A stretch of DNA of 51,781 bases from Sulfurihydrogenibium sp. (GCF_027448985.1 NZ_DAIDMN010000001.1:1-51781); one strand, 5' to 3'; shown: positions 30,930 to 41,642, counted from the first letter of the stretch. A program made the numbers and translations. Notes: generated by a model from the sequence alone, not told the origin.

Positions 30930-33900
30930 CTAAACTCTCCTCTTGCTTTAAGACGTTTATATCAAGTGTGAAGATGTGAGATATTCCATCTTTTGCTGAT
31001 ACTCCTATTAATCTATCTGCAAAACTTGCCATTGCATCTCTATGGGTTATAACTATAAATTGGGCTGTTTGAGAGAGTTGTTTTATCAGTTGTCCGACTT
31101 TTCTTGCGTTGGCATCATCCAACGCCGCATCTACTTCATCAAAGTAGTAAAATGGAGCTGGTCTGTACTGTTGAACCGCAAATAAAAATGCCAAAGCTGT
31201 CAGTGTTTTTTCTCCTCCGGACATCATCTCAAGCCTTTTAACATCTTTTCCTCTTGGTTTTGCTTTTAAAATAACTCCAGCTGATAGTGGGTCTTTTTCG
31301 TTTTCAAGTTCTAAGTAGGCTTTTCCGCCGGGAGATAAAATTTTAAAGTTTTTATCAAGATTTTTGTTTACATTTTCGTAAACTTCCATAAAAGCTTGTA
31401 GTTTCTTTTCCTCTAAACTTTCTATCAGTTCTTCTATTGATTTTTTCTCTTGAAGTAAGATGGAGAGTTTTTCGTTTATTTCATTGAATCTATTTAACTC
31501 CTCTTCGTAATCTTCGATAGCTTTTTGGTTAACTGAACCTATATTTTTTCTTTTTTCTTCCAATGTTTTAAGTTGTTTTTCTAATTGTTTTATATCAGCT
31601 TCTATAGGTTCTCCATCGTACTGAAGTTTTATCTGAATTATCTCCTCTTCTGTATCTGCCAGTTTTTGTTGTAGCTTTGCCTTTTCTTGAAGGTACGATG
31701 TAATATCTTGGTTGATATTTTCTTCTTCGTATCTAAGATTTTTTATTTTTTCTCTGGTTTCTTCTATCTGTCTGATTAAATTGTCTCTTTCTTTTTCTGT
31801 ATCTTTTAATCCTTTCCAAAGTTGAGATAACTCTTTTGTTAAATCTTCTATCTTCTGTTTTATCTCTTGGATTTCTTTATTTTTTTGCTTTATTTGGTTT
31901 TCAATTTCTTCTTTTTCTGTTTCTATTTGGAATATCCGAATTTTTAAATTGTTGTCTTTTTTGTCTGTTAATGAATTTATCTGATTTTCTATATCTTTTA
32001 TCTTTTCTTTCAATGAGTAAACGTTATTGGCAGCTTCTTCCCACTCTTTTCTTAATTTTGATAATCCGGCATTTTCCATTCTTTTTAAGATATCTTCTTT
32101 TTGTTTTGAGACAGATATGAAAATTTGATTATTTTTTTCTAACTCTTGTTGAAGTTTTTCTATTTTTCCTTCATAGTCTAAGGACTGTTTTTTTAAGTTA
32201 AATATTTCGTTTTCCAAGTATTGGCTTTTGTTGTTTTTTTGATATTAGTTGATTGGTTAATTCTTGTATTCTCTGGTTTATACTTGAAGTTTCCGTTTGG
32301 ATTTTTATTAAATTTTTCTCGTTTTCCGATATTTTTTGATTTATGAGTTTTAGCTCGTTTTGGATTGCTTCTTCTTCTTTTTTTAGTTTTTCTTCTTCTT
32401 CTTCTAATTTTTGTTTTTCTGCTTCTAAATTAGATTTCCCAATTGATATGTTTTGTTTATCAGAGCCTCCGGATATTGCTCCGGATTTTTCAAAAAGCTC
32501 CCCATCTAAAGTTACCATTCGGTAGTTTCCAATTCCTATCAATCTTGCCGCTTCAAAATCTTCCACTACCACAGTGTCTTGGAAAACATACTTAACAGCC
32601 TTTTCTATTTTTTTATCGTAATCTACAAAGTCTATTGCGTATCCAAGAAGACCTTTTTTAAATGGAAGTTTTGGATTTTCTTGGGTTTTTATTTTGTTTA
32701 AAGGAATAAATGTAACTCTTCCGGCTTTTTCTTTTTTTAAGATTTCTATACATTTTTGAGCTACATAATCGTCTTCTACAACGATGTTTTTTAATCTTCC
32801 TCCACCGGCTGTTTCTATTGCTGTTTGGTATTTTTCATCTTTTAAGGATATCAACTCAAAAACAGGACCATAAACACCTGGTAATGTTTTTAGTAAAACT
32901 GAAATTCTGTCTTCTTTAAACTGGGACAGCTGAGCTAATATATGAGCCAACTTTTGAAAGTTCTTTTCAAGTTTTTCTCTGTTTTCTTTCAGTTTTTTTT
33001 CTAATGTCTCTTTTCTTATTTTCAGTCTTGTTATCTCACTTTGTAAAGATTGGATTTCCCGCTGGCTGTCTTTTGTGTTCGTTTTGATGTTTTCTATGGT
33101 TTTTTCTATCTGGTTGATTTCTTCTTTGTTTTTGTCTAACTCCTCATATAAATTTTTTATTTTTTCTTGGATTGAGTTTAGTTTTAATTGATACTCTACT
33201 TTTTCTTTTTCTAAGAGTTTTATTTTTTCTAAAAGTTCTTTTTCTTGTTTTTCCACTGTTCCAAGGTCGTTTTTTGCAGAACTTCCTAAAAACTCTATCT
33301 CTTGAAGTTGTTTATTTTTTTCTTCTAATAATTTTTCTGCTTTTTCAAGTTGATTTTTTAAATCCGGAAGTTTATCTGTCAGATTTTTTATCTGTTCTTC
33401 TAAGGAAAGTATCTCTTTTATCTTTTCATCTTTTTCTTTGTAAAGGTTTTGAAGTTTTTCTTGAAGCTGAGATATGTCTTTTTCTATAGAATCTTTCTTT
33501 TCACTTAGAGATTTTATCTGGGCTGTGATACTTCCTTCCTTCTCTTTTATAGGTAAAAATGTTTCTTGTATTTGATTTAGTTTTTCTTCCAACTGTTTTA
33601 TGGTTTGGATTAACTCTTTTTGTTTTTCTACATTATTTTCTTTTTTGGTATAAAGATTATTTATATGATTTTGTATTTCTTCTAAATTTTTTATAATATC
33701 TTCTTTTTGGTTTAATAGGTAGTAGAGTTTTGCTCCTTTTATAGCATTTTGTATCTGTATAATTTGGTTTTCTAAGTCTAAAGCTATTAGCGCGTTTTCC
33801 TTTTCTTGCTCTAACTTTTTTAATGTGTGTTGTATTTCGTTTAAAACGGCTTTTATTTTGTCTATTTTTTCTTGGGATTGGTGAAGGTCTTCAAGGGCTT

Positions 33901-34429
33901 TTTGTTTTTTCTCTTCATACTGGGTTATTCCGGCTATATCACTTATTAAATCTCTCCTTTCAAAAGGTGTCATCTTCACAAATTTGTAAATATCTCCTTG
34001 GGTAACTATGTTGTATCCTTGGGTAGGTATTCCGGATAAGGTTAAAAGTTCTTCTACTTCTTGTTGTTTTGCAGGTCTTGAGTTTATTTTGTAAGTGGAT
34101 TTTCCACTTAAATCTATTTTTCTTGAAATACTGACTTCTTCTGCGTTTAATGGAAAAGCTCCGTTGTTTTTAAAAACAATCTCTACTTCTGCGTAAGGGG
34201 CTGTTTTACCTTTTGAGGAAAATATTAAGTCTGTAAGTTTTAAAGCTCTCATGGCTTTGGCAGATGCTATTCCAAGACAAAATACTATGGCATCTCCGAG
34301 ATTACTTTTTCCGGAACCGTTTGGTCCTACAATAGCTGTAAAACCTTCTCCAAGAGGGATTGTTAGATGTCTTTCTCCGTAGGATTTAAAACCAAAAACA
34401 TTAATTCTATCTATGTATGCTTTACTCAT
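30913..34429 (-). CDS. smc: chromosome segregation protein SMC, split by a 1-nt frameshift at 32234-32240
   Basis: N-half: FKSY, GPNGSGKS, hinge. C-half: MSGGEK, FDEVDAALD, ITH. Removing one base from the A7 run gives one 1171-aa ORF. Confidence 0.93.
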
Positions 34430-34435
34430 AGTAAG

Positions 34436-34444
34436 ATTATATCA
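34436..34444 (-). promoter_or_regulatory. extended -10 promoter (TGATATAAT) of smc, probable leaderless start
   Basis: TGnTATAAT 6 nt upstream of ATG 34429; no SD. Confidence 0.6.
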
Positions 34445-34456
34445 CTGTGGATTTTT

Positions 34457-35008
34457 TCATTCAACATTATTTAATTTTCTGTAAATGGCTCCTTTTGGGT
34501 TGAGTATACTTTCTATCAAATCAACGGTTATGGTTTTTTGATTTAAAAAAACTGTTTTTTCATACTTTTTCAATTTTTCTGTAAACTGTGGGTTTTTTAC
34601 TTGCTTTATTCTTAATACTGTTATGTGAGGTACAAATGGTTTTGTTTCTTTTTTGTATCCAAGGGAAATTAATCTATCTTCCACTAGGTTATAAATTTCT
34701 TTAAGCATTTGATTTTCTAATACTTTATAGAATAGAACTTTGGGGTTTTCAAGGTTTGGAAATACTCCTAAACCTTCTACCGTTATATTGGCTAAAATTT
34801 CGTGATTAAACTCCTTATTGATTGTGTCTAAAATACAATTTATCTTTTCAAGAGATGTATTTCCTAAAAATTTGTATGTTATATGGAAATTTTCCGGTTT
34901 TACCCAGCTTCCGGATACAACTCCGGATAAATCCTTCTTAATGGATGTATAACTTTTCTTTAGTTTTTCAAAATCTACAAAACTTCCTATAAATACTCTT
35001 TTTTCCAC
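34457..35008 (-). CDS. thpR: RNA 2',3'-cyclic phosphodiesterase (2H family)
   Basis: RVFIG, two HxT motifs (HITY, PHITV), GVFP. Confidence 0.9.
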   Translation of the reverse strand: MEKRVFIGSFVDFEKLKKSYTSIKKDLSGVVSGSWVKPENFHITYKFLGNTSLEKINCILDTINKEFNHEILANITVEGLGVFPNLENPKVLFYKVLENQMLKEIYNLVEDRLISLGYKKETKPFVPHITVLRIKQVKNPQFTEKLKKYEKTVFLNQKTITVDLIESILNPKGAIYRKLNNVE

Positions 35009-35874
35009 TACTTTCCACTCTCTATAAATTCTGGACTCAGTACACCACTACAAATTTCCTCAACTTCTCCTGTCATTCTTATATTCCAATCTTCATCTAT
35101 ACTTATTTTTAGCTGTCCTCCTAACATTTTTATTGTGATATCTTTTTTTGCAAGTCCTTTTTTTGCCAAAACAGATGCCACAGCACAAGAGGAACTTCCT
35201 GATGCATAGGTAAATCCGGCTCCTCTTTCCCATATTAAAATCTGAGCTTCGTTTTCGGATATTGGTTTTACAAACTGGACGTTTATCCGGTTTGAGAAAA
35301 TAGGGTGGTTTTCTATTAAAGGTCCGTATTTTTTTATCTCTTCTTCATCAAGGTTGTCTTTTATTATCACACAGTGAGGATTACCAACAGAAACACAGTT
35401 TACTTCAAACTCTCTATCTGCCACTGTTATTTTTTCACCTATAAACTCTTTTTTTTCTGTTTTTACAGGAATTTTTTGAGATTCAAAGATTGCTTTTCCC
35501 ATATCAACCGTAATTATTTTAGCTTTTCCATACTTATTTTTTTCTTCTATTTTCGCTTTTACAACTCCCCCTTTCGTTTCAACTGTAAATTCATCTTTAT
35601 CAGTGTAACCATAATCGTACAGAAACTTACAAAATATTCTAAGACCGTTTCCACTTTTTTCTGCTTCCGAACCATCCGGATTAAAGATTCTAAGCCTAAA
35701 ATCCGCTATTTCAGAATGATATTTAACCAAAAGACCATCAGAACCTATACCATAGTGAACATCACAAATCTTCTTAATAAAATCATCACCAATCTCAAAA
35801 TCAACCTTTTCGGCATCTATAACTATGTAATCGTTTCCAAGTCCGTGAGATTTGACAAAAAAATTTTTCTCCAA
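35008..35874 (-). CDS. dapF: diaminopimelate epimerase-family protein with Ser in place of both catalytic Cys
   Basis: KSHGLGNDY, GIGSDG, NPDGSEAEKSGNG, VDMG, GNPHCV, WERGAG, ASGSS; TTG start after AGGAG. Confidence 0.88.
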   Translation of the reverse strand: MEKNFFVKSHGLGNDYIVIDAEKVDFEIGDDFIKKICDVHYGIGSDGLLVKYHSEIADFRLRIFNPDGSEAEKSGNGLRIFCKFLYDYGYTDKDEFTVETKGGVVKAKIEEKNKYGKAKIITVDMGKAIFESQKIPVKTEKKEFIGEKITVADREFEVNCVSVGNPHCVIIKDNLDEEEIKKYGPLIENHPIFSNRINVQFVKPISENEAQILIWERGAGFTYASGSSSCAVASVLAKKGLAKKDITIKMLGGQLKISIDEDWNIRMTGEVEEICSGVLSPEFIESGK

Positions 35875-35895
35875 CTTAACTCCTTAACTTTTATT

Positions 35896-36153
35896 TTATG
35901 TATTACTTATAATGTAACTCTTTACATCTTCTAAACTGTCAGATTTTATCACCAACCTGTGAATGTTTTTTAGTAAATCTAAAGATTCAATTTCATTGAC
36001 TTTCTTCTTTATTTCCTCATCTACACTACCAAATTTTATCTCAATAGCATCAAATATGTCTTCCCTTGCTTGCTTAATTAATCCTTGCTGTAATCCTTCT
36101 TGTAACCCTTGCTTTAATCCTTCTATTTTCCATTTTTCTGTTAAGGTCATCAT
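35896..36153 (-). CDS. predicted internally initiated small Rpn isoform (RpnS-type antitoxin), 85 aa
   Basis: In-frame ATG-ATG at 36153/36150 preceded by AGGAGGT (36163-36169). Confidence 0.65.
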   Translation of the reverse strand: MMTLTEKWKIEGLKQGLQEGLQQGLIKQAREDIFDAIEIKFGSVDEEIKKKVNEIESLDLLKNIHRLVIKSDSLEDVKSYIISNT

Positions 36154-36870
36154 TTTTTCTTTACCTCCTATTTCTTCTAACATAACTTCTACTGATTTTA
36201 AGTCTTTTTTTACCAAAACTATATAATCTATAATAATATAGATACAGTCCTTGTTTTCTGCAATTAACAACCTTTCAAAAATAGGTCTTAAAGTTTTTAT
36301 ATCCTTAAAGATATTTTTAAAGGCTAAAATTGATGATAGTAAACATGCATCGTTATAAAATTTCTCTATTAATGTATCGTTTTCTATCTTTGATAAATCT
36401 ATTAAGATATAGTTTAAGTTTGTTATGTAATCTTTTATGTTATCTGGATAGTGCTTTGAATCCGGAATTCTTGTTGGAATGTTCCAATCTTTTTGACCAT
36501 GATAAAAAACAATTGGAATTACTGGTCTGTATGGTTTGTTGTTTCTTTCATCCTCTTCCATTATAGAAGCTCTATAGTAAGCTATTTGAGAAGGGGTTTT
36601 TTTATCCGGATAAGATTTATGTTCAAAAACAAGGTATATAATGGCATCTAAGTTTTTATCTTCAATGTTCAATCTACATTCAAAACTTAAGTCTAAAAGG
36701 AATTTTTCTTTTTTTGTCGTTTGTTTTTCTGTGGAGATAAGTTTTAGAGAGCTTGGTACGATAACACTGTATATCTCAGGTAAAAAACCTTTTATAAAGT
36801 TTTCAGTGTTTTTTACATTGCTAAACACTGTTTTAAAAAACCAATCATGAGGATGTTTTTCAATAGACAT
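35896..36870 (-). CDS. Rpn/YhgA-like recombination-promoting nuclease (PD-(D/E)XK)
   Basis: HDWFFK, LVFEHKS, PVIPIVFYHG, C-terminal GLKQGLQEGLQQG repeats. Confidence 0.9.
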   Translation of the reverse strand: MSIEKHPHDWFFKTVFSNVKNTENFIKGFLPEIYSVIVPSSLKLISTEKQTTKKEKFLLDLSFECRLNIEDKNLDAIIYLVFEHKSYPDKKTPSQIAYYRASIMEEDERNNKPYRPVIPIVFYHGQKDWNIPTRIPDSKHYPDNIKDYITNLNYILIDLSKIENDTLIEKFYNDACLLSSILAFKNIFKDIKTLRPIFERLLIAENKDCIYIIIDYIVLVKKDLKSVEVMLEEIGGKEKMMTLTEKWKIEGLKQGLQEGLQQGLIKQAREDIFDAIEIKFGSVDEEIKKKVNEIESLDLLKNIHRLVIKSDSLEDVKSYIISNT

Positions 36871-38020
36871 CTATAACCTCTTTTAGGATTTCTATCGCAG
36901 TATCTACTTCTTTTTTGGTTATTATAAGAGGTGGAACAAACCTTAGGGTGTTTTCTCCGGCTGTACCGATTATTAAACCTTTTTCTAATGCTTTTTTCAT
37001 AATCTCTTTTGCTGATATTTCTTTTGGTAAGTCCATGCCTACCATCAAGCCAAGTCCTTTTACCGGAAAACCAAATGTTTTTAGTTTTTCTTTTAAATAT
37101 TCACCTACTTGGTTTACGTTATCTAAAAATCCATCTGATAAAACTTCTTCTAAAACAACTTTTGCTGCAACCGTCGATAGATAATTCCCTCCAAAGGTAG
37201 AGGCATGTGTACCAGGAATAAAAGATTTTGCTATTTCATCTTTTGCTACAATTGCTCCGATTGGAACTCCTCCACCAAGTCCTTTTGCAAGAGATACAAT
37301 ATCCGGTTGAATGTCAAAATGTTGGTATGCAAAGAGTTTTCCTGTTCTTCCTATGCCGGTTTGAACTTCGTCAACCGTGAAAAGTATTTCTTTTTCTTTA
37401 CAAAGGTTGTAAAGCTCTTTTACAAACTCTTTATCAGCCGGATTTACTCCTCCTTCACCTTGAACCAACTCTATCAATACTGCTGCTGTCTTTTCGTTTA
37501 TCAGTTTTTTTACAGATTCAATATCGTTAAACTTTGCATATTTAAAGCCTTCAACTAACGGATAAAATCCTTCTTGATACTTTGGTTGGGCTGTTGCTGT
37601 AACTGTTGCCAATGTCCTACCATGAAAACTACCTTCAAATGTAATTATTTTGTACTTATTCTCTTTTTTGTCGTAGAAATATCTACGGACAAGTTTTATT
37701 AAAGCTTCGTTTGCTTCTGCTCCGGAATTACAGAAAAAAACTTTTCCTCCAAAACTGTTTTCAGACAGAATTTTTGCTATTTCTATCTGAGGTTTTATAT
37801 AAAAAAGGTTAGATATATGAATTATTTTGCTTGCTTGTTCACATATGGCTTTTGTAAGTTTTGGATGGTTGTATCCCAACGCATTAACAGCTATTCCGGA
37901 TAACATATCTAAGTACTTTTTTCCTTTTTCATCAAACAGATAACAACCTTCCCCTTTTTCAAAGAAGTATTCAAGTCTTCCGTAGTTTTGAAAAAGATAT
38001 TTGTTTGCTTCTTCTATCAC
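36860..38020 (-). CDS. argD: acetylornithine aminotransferase
   Basis: GIAVNALG, NSGAEANE, SFHGRT, DEVQTGIGRTG, AKGLGGG, HASTFGGN. Confidence 0.93.
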   Translation of the reverse strand: MIEEANKYLFQNYGRLEYFFEKGEGCYLFDEKGKKYLDMLSGIAVNALGYNHPKLTKAICEQASKIIHISNLFYIKPQIEIAKILSENSFGGKVFFCNSGAEANEALIKLVRRYFYDKKENKYKIITFEGSFHGRTLATVTATAQPKYQEGFYPLVEGFKYAKFNDIESVKKLINEKTAAVLIELVQGEGGVNPADKEFVKELYNLCKEKEILFTVDEVQTGIGRTGKLFAYQHFDIQPDIVSLAKGLGGGVPIGAIVAKDEIAKSFIPGTHASTFGGNYLSTVAAKVVLEEVLSDGFLDNVNQVGEYLKEKLKTFGFPVKGLGLMVGMDLPKEISAKEIMKKALEKGLIIGTAGENTLRFVPPLIITKKEVDTAIEILKEVIDVY

Positions 38021-38021
38021 T

Positions 38022-38705
38022 TTATACCTCCGGATTTTTTCTAAAAACTGCCAAATGTATCAGTCCAAAAAATCTACTTTCATAAAAGTGTAAACTAAAG
38101 TCTCTTTCTTGAAAAAAATCTATCATCTGCTTTTTTGTCATACTGTTTGTTATTGATTCTATGAAGTAATCCCACTCTTCTTTTGAAAAGATGATTCTAC
38201 CTATGGGTCTGAATATTTTATCTGCAAAAATAAGTATAAGATTGTAGGTTATATTACTATTTGGTTTTGCTATCTCCAATATTGAGACGTATCCATTTTC
38301 TTTTAAAGTTTCTTTTATCTGATTTGTTATTTCGTTTGCTGGAAGGTGCCTAAAAACTAATGAAAAGTAAATGTTATCAAGACTGTTTTTTTTAAAAGGT
38401 AGTTTTAAAGCATCTGCTTTGATAAAAAGGACGTTGTTTTTGTTTGTTTTTTCTTTAGCTTTTTTTAACATGTTAAAAGATAAATCCATACCGTAAATAT
38501 AAGCGGAATCTCCCATTTTTTCATAAAGTTTTTTTACAATCTCTCCTGTTCCGGTTCCAATGTCAAGAATGTGTTTACCATTAGGAGTATTTTTTATAAG
38601 TGTGTTCTGCCAATCGTTTATTTTATTAAATGTTGCAAAGTTTAAAAATCTATCATACGCTTTGTAAACACCATCAAATATCTTTTCTACTACGCTTTTT
38701 TCCAT
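38022..38705 (-). CDS. UbiE/MenG-like class I SAM methyltransferase
   Basis: [22 protein letters not shown]. Confidence 0.85.
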   Translation of the reverse strand: MEKSVVEKIFDGVYKAYDRFLNFATFNKINDWQNTLIKNTPNGKHILDIGTGTGEIVKKLYEKMGDSAYIYGMDLSFNMLKKAKEKTNKNNVLFIKADALKLPFKKNSLDNIYFSLVFRHLPANEITNQIKETLKENGYVSILEIAKPNSNITYNLILIFADKIFRPIGRIIFSKEEWDYFIESITNSMTKKQMIDFFQERDFSLHFYESRFFGLIHLAVFRKNPEV

Positions 38706-40153
38706 TTTGTTCCAAATGGTGTGTCTTCTATTATTATTCCTTTTTCTGCTAATTTATTCCTTATGGTATCTGCAATCGTAAATTGTTTTTCTTTTCTTGC
38801 TTTGTCTCTTATCTCTATTAAAAGTTCTATAAGTTCATTATCTAATTTTTCTTCCGTTTTTTCTGCTTTTAGTTCTTGGGTTTTTACACAAGGTTGTAAA
38901 CTGTCAAACAGTCCAAATATATCTCTTGATATGTTGTGTAGTGTATCCGCTGCTTCTTTATAAGACTGTAAAGCTTTTCTTGATATTCCACCTTGTTTTA
39001 TAGCTTTGTCTTTTAAAATGTTCATCTCTCTAACCAATCCGAATAAAGATGCTAAAGCTTCCGGAGTGTTGAAATCATCACTCATCCCACTGTAAAATCC
39101 GGATTGGGCTTTTTGAATTGCCGAGTATAAGTCCCCTTCAAAATTATCGTTTGTAGGGAGTTTTTGTAGGATTTCATACTCATCTATTGCATTTTTTAAT
39201 CTTTCATAGGCTTTTTTTGTTTCTTCCATCTTCTCCCAAGAAAAATCCAGTGGACTTCTGTAGTGAACAGATAGGACAAGTAGTCTCAATATATCAGGGT
39301 CATACTTTGAGTAAATCTCTTTCAATGTTACATAGTTTCCCAGAGATTTTGACATCTTCTGTCCGTTTACAGTTACAAGTCCATTGTGTATCCAGTATCT
39401 TGCAAAAGGTTTTCCTGTCAGTGCTTCAGCTTGTGCTATTTCATTTTCGTGGTGAGGAAACGTAAGGTCCAAACCACCACCGTGAATGTCTATCGTTTCT
39501 CCTAAATGTTTAAAAATCATAGCGCAGCATTCTGTATGCCATCCGGGTCTTCCTTTTCCCCAAGGTGAGTCCCAGTATGGTTCTCCAGCTTTTGCAGATT
39601 TCCAAAGTGCAAAGTCAAGAGGGTCTTTTTTCTTTTCTCCAGGCTCTATTCTTGCTCCTGCCAAAAGTTCGTCAACACTTCTTTTTGATAGTTTTCCGTA
39701 CTCTTTAAACTTCCTTACAGAAAAGTAAACATCTCCATCAACTTCGTAAGCGTAACCTGCATCTATCAAATCTTGGATAAATTTTATAATATCCGGAATA
39801 TGGGTTGTTACTCTTGGTTCAATATCCGCAGGTTCTATTCTATACTTTTCAGCATCATCAAAGTACTCTTTTATAAATTTATCAGCTATAACACTAAAAG
39901 GGAGACATTCATTTTTTGCTCTGTTTATTATTTTGTCATCTACATCTGTGAAGTTTCTTACAAAAATGACTCTGTATCCTAAGTATCTTAAATACCTTCT
40001 TATAACATCAAAAACGATTAAACTTCTTCCATGTCCTACGTGATTGTAATCATAAACTGTTACGCCACAGGTGTATATTTTAACTTCCGGAGGTTTTATA
40101 GGTGCAAAGTCTTCCTTTTTTCCGGATAATGTATTGTATATTTTTAAACTCAT
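38690..40153 (-). CDS. cysS: cysteine--tRNA ligase
   Basis: [38 protein letters not shown]. Confidence 0.97.
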   Translation of the reverse strand: MSLKIYNTLSGKKEDFAPIKPPEVKIYTCGVTVYDYNHVGHGRSLIVFDVIRRYLRYLGYRVIFVRNFTDVDDKIINRAKNECLPFSVIADKFIKEYFDDAEKYRIEPADIEPRVTTHIPDIIKFIQDLIDAGYAYEVDGDVYFSVRKFKEYGKLSKRSVDELLAGARIEPGEKKKDPLDFALWKSAKAGEPYWDSPWGKGRPGWHTECCAMIFKHLGETIDIHGGGLDLTFPHHENEIAQAEALTGKPFARYWIHNGLVTVNGQKMSKSLGNYVTLKEIYSKYDPDILRLLVLSVHYRSPLDFSWEKMEETKKAYERLKNAIDEYEILQKLPTNDNFEGDLYSAIQKAQSGFYSGMSDDFNTPEALASLFGLVREMNILKDKAIKQGGISRKALQSYKEAADTLHNISRDIFGLFDSLQPCVKTQELKAEKTEEKLDNELIELLIEIRDKARKEKQFTIADTIRNKLAEKGIIIEDTPFGTKWKKA

Positions 40154-40199
40154 AACATCTACTCCCTTTACGGCAATTGATTTAAAAATTTTATCACAG

Positions 40200-41111
40200 T
40201 TATTGATTGCTTTCTCTCTTTGAAATCAGCCAAAAAACTATTCCTAACGACAAAATAACAGCACTGTAAGATAGTAAATCTAAAGCTTTTTTCTCAGAAT
40301 CTGTTCCCAAAGATGCTATGAATAGTTTTCTTATAATCGCTGCCAGTGCTATACCTACAAAAACGGTAATTGCAAATTTACCACCTTTTAAGTGTCTAAG
40401 TTCTTCTGACATTAATTCTCCAACAGCCCAAAGTATAAGTAAACTTCCTAAAACTGCCAAAATACCTTCTTCAAGTTCAACGATGTTGAAAACAAGTTTG
40501 TACAAGTCATATCCAAATAAGAAAAATACAGACAGTGCGACTATAACAAGTGCTGTTAAAATAAATAAGTCTATAACATCAGAAAACTTTTTTGCAAAAC
40601 TGAAAACCATCTTTTCCATTTTTGTCATTTCAGCGTATTTCGATAACTCTTCTTCTCTGTAGGACACCGTTAGTATATCCAAATTGATGTCTAAGAGCTT
40701 ACCTATCGATGCAACATATCTGTTCCTTTCTTGCCTACTTTCTATCTCTTTATCAATAATATCTATGATGTATCTTCTTACAAAGTTCATACTTGCATTT
40801 ACATAGTGGGTAGGAAGTCCTATTTTTACGTGTATTTCTCCAATCTTCTTTAGTTTTAAGAAGTACTCCAAATCGTAATTTCCGTTAAAAAGTTCTAAAA
40901 ACCATTTTTTAACCTTTTCCCTATGTCTTTTTATGGTTTCTTCATCTTTTAAAAATCTTTTTGCTTGAGGAAATCTAAGTATAAATTCGTAGAATTTATC
41001 TATAAAATCATCTACATACCTTTCAAAAATAGGTTTAAGTTTTCGTATATTTTCTACATCGTCTTGATTAAAATCAAAATCTCTTTTTATCTGTGAAAAT
41101 TCTTCTATCAT
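40200..41111 (-). CDS. protoglobin-type globin domain fused to a PsiE-like 4-TM domain
   Basis: [17 protein letters not shown] (proximal His), KLLDINLD; C-terminal TM with AAIIRK; start at ATG 41111 after GGGAG. Confidence 0.85.
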   Translation of the reverse strand: MIEEFSQIKRDFDFNQDDVENIRKLKPIFERYVDDFIDKFYEFILRFPQAKRFLKDEETIKRHREKVKKWFLELFNGNYDLEYFLKLKKIGEIHVKIGLPTHYVNASMNFVRRYIIDIIDKEIESRQERNRYVASIGKLLDINLDILTVSYREEELSKYAEMTKMEKMVFSFAKKFSDVIDLFILTALVIVALSVFFLFGYDLYKLVFNIVELEEGILAVLGSLLILWAVGELMSEELRHLKGGKFAITVFVGIALAAIIRKLFIASLGTDSEKKALDLLSYSAVILSLGIVFWLISKRESNQ

Positions 41112-41185
41112 CTTAAAAGCTCCCTTTTTTAACAAAATTATACTATATTTATGGTAGAATTTTGTTAAAGTTTATGGAGTTTTTT

Positions 41186-41347
41186 ATGGAAGAAAAAGAA
41201 TGTTTAAAATGTGGATGTAAAACTGATTTAAAGGAAGACCCAAATATTCCGGATATATATTTTTGTTTGGAGTGTTGGAAAGAAAGAGAAAAAACAGAAG
41301 TTAATGAAAAATGGGGTTATGATGAATCTCTTCCGGATGATGGTTAA
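41186..41347 (+). CDS. 53-aa C4 zinc-ribbon-like small protein
   Basis: GGAG SD, ATG 41186, CLKC...CLEC; extended -10 TGGTAGAAT at 41152-41160. Confidence 0.7.
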   Translation: MEEKECLKCGCKTDLKEDPNIPDIYFCLECWKEREKTEVNEKWGYDESLPDDG

Positions 41348-41642
41348 ACATAGAAAGAAGTTTTTTTTAACTTTCTTGTTATCGTTGGTTTTCAACGTAT
41401 TTCATGATTATGTGTTTGTTGTATTAGAAGATAAAAATATAGAAGTTATTCTACTTGAAGATTCAAAACACTGTTCGGATAAAAACGTTGATATTCATAA
41501 GGTTTTACACTCTCCTTTTTTAGTTTTAAACAACAGTTTTAAATTGGAAAATCCAAAAGAGTCAAAAAAATATTTGTTATCTCAAACTTTATCTCAAAAA
41601 CCACTTCAGAGTGATATCTTTAAACCTCCGATAACTCTTTAA
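41337..41642 (+). CDS. CzcI/CruR-like uORF with signal/anchor, His/Cys residues and C-terminal IFKPP
   Basis: MMVKHRKKFFLTFLLSLVFNVFHD..., HC, HKVLH, ends SDIFKPPITL; overlaps the upstream stop; precedes the RND operon. Confidence 0.75.
   Translation: MMVKHRKKFFLTFLLSLVFNVFHDYVFVVLEDKNIEVILLEDSKHCSDKNVDIHKVLHSPFLVLNNSFKLENPKESKKYLLSQTLSQKPLQSDIFKPPITL

Noticed and set aside
32234-32240. Programmed -1 frameshift at A_AAA_AAA in smc
   Set aside because: Rejoining the halves needs a +1 shift (loss of one base), not -1, and no stimulatory structure is evident
31400-33900. Low-complexity T-rich quasi-repeats on the plus strand
   Set aside because: Explained by Lys/Glu/Gln-rich coiled-coil codons of SMC
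35374-35934. 186-aa plus-strand ORF antisense to dapF, and the other 60-145 aa antisense or alternate-frame ORFs in the track
   Set aside because: They lie within well-supported genes, have Phe/Ser/Ile-rich shadow composition, and show no motifs
35896-36870. Rpn gene as an active transposon
   Set aside because: No terminal inverted repeats or target duplication seen; the family is not shown to transpose
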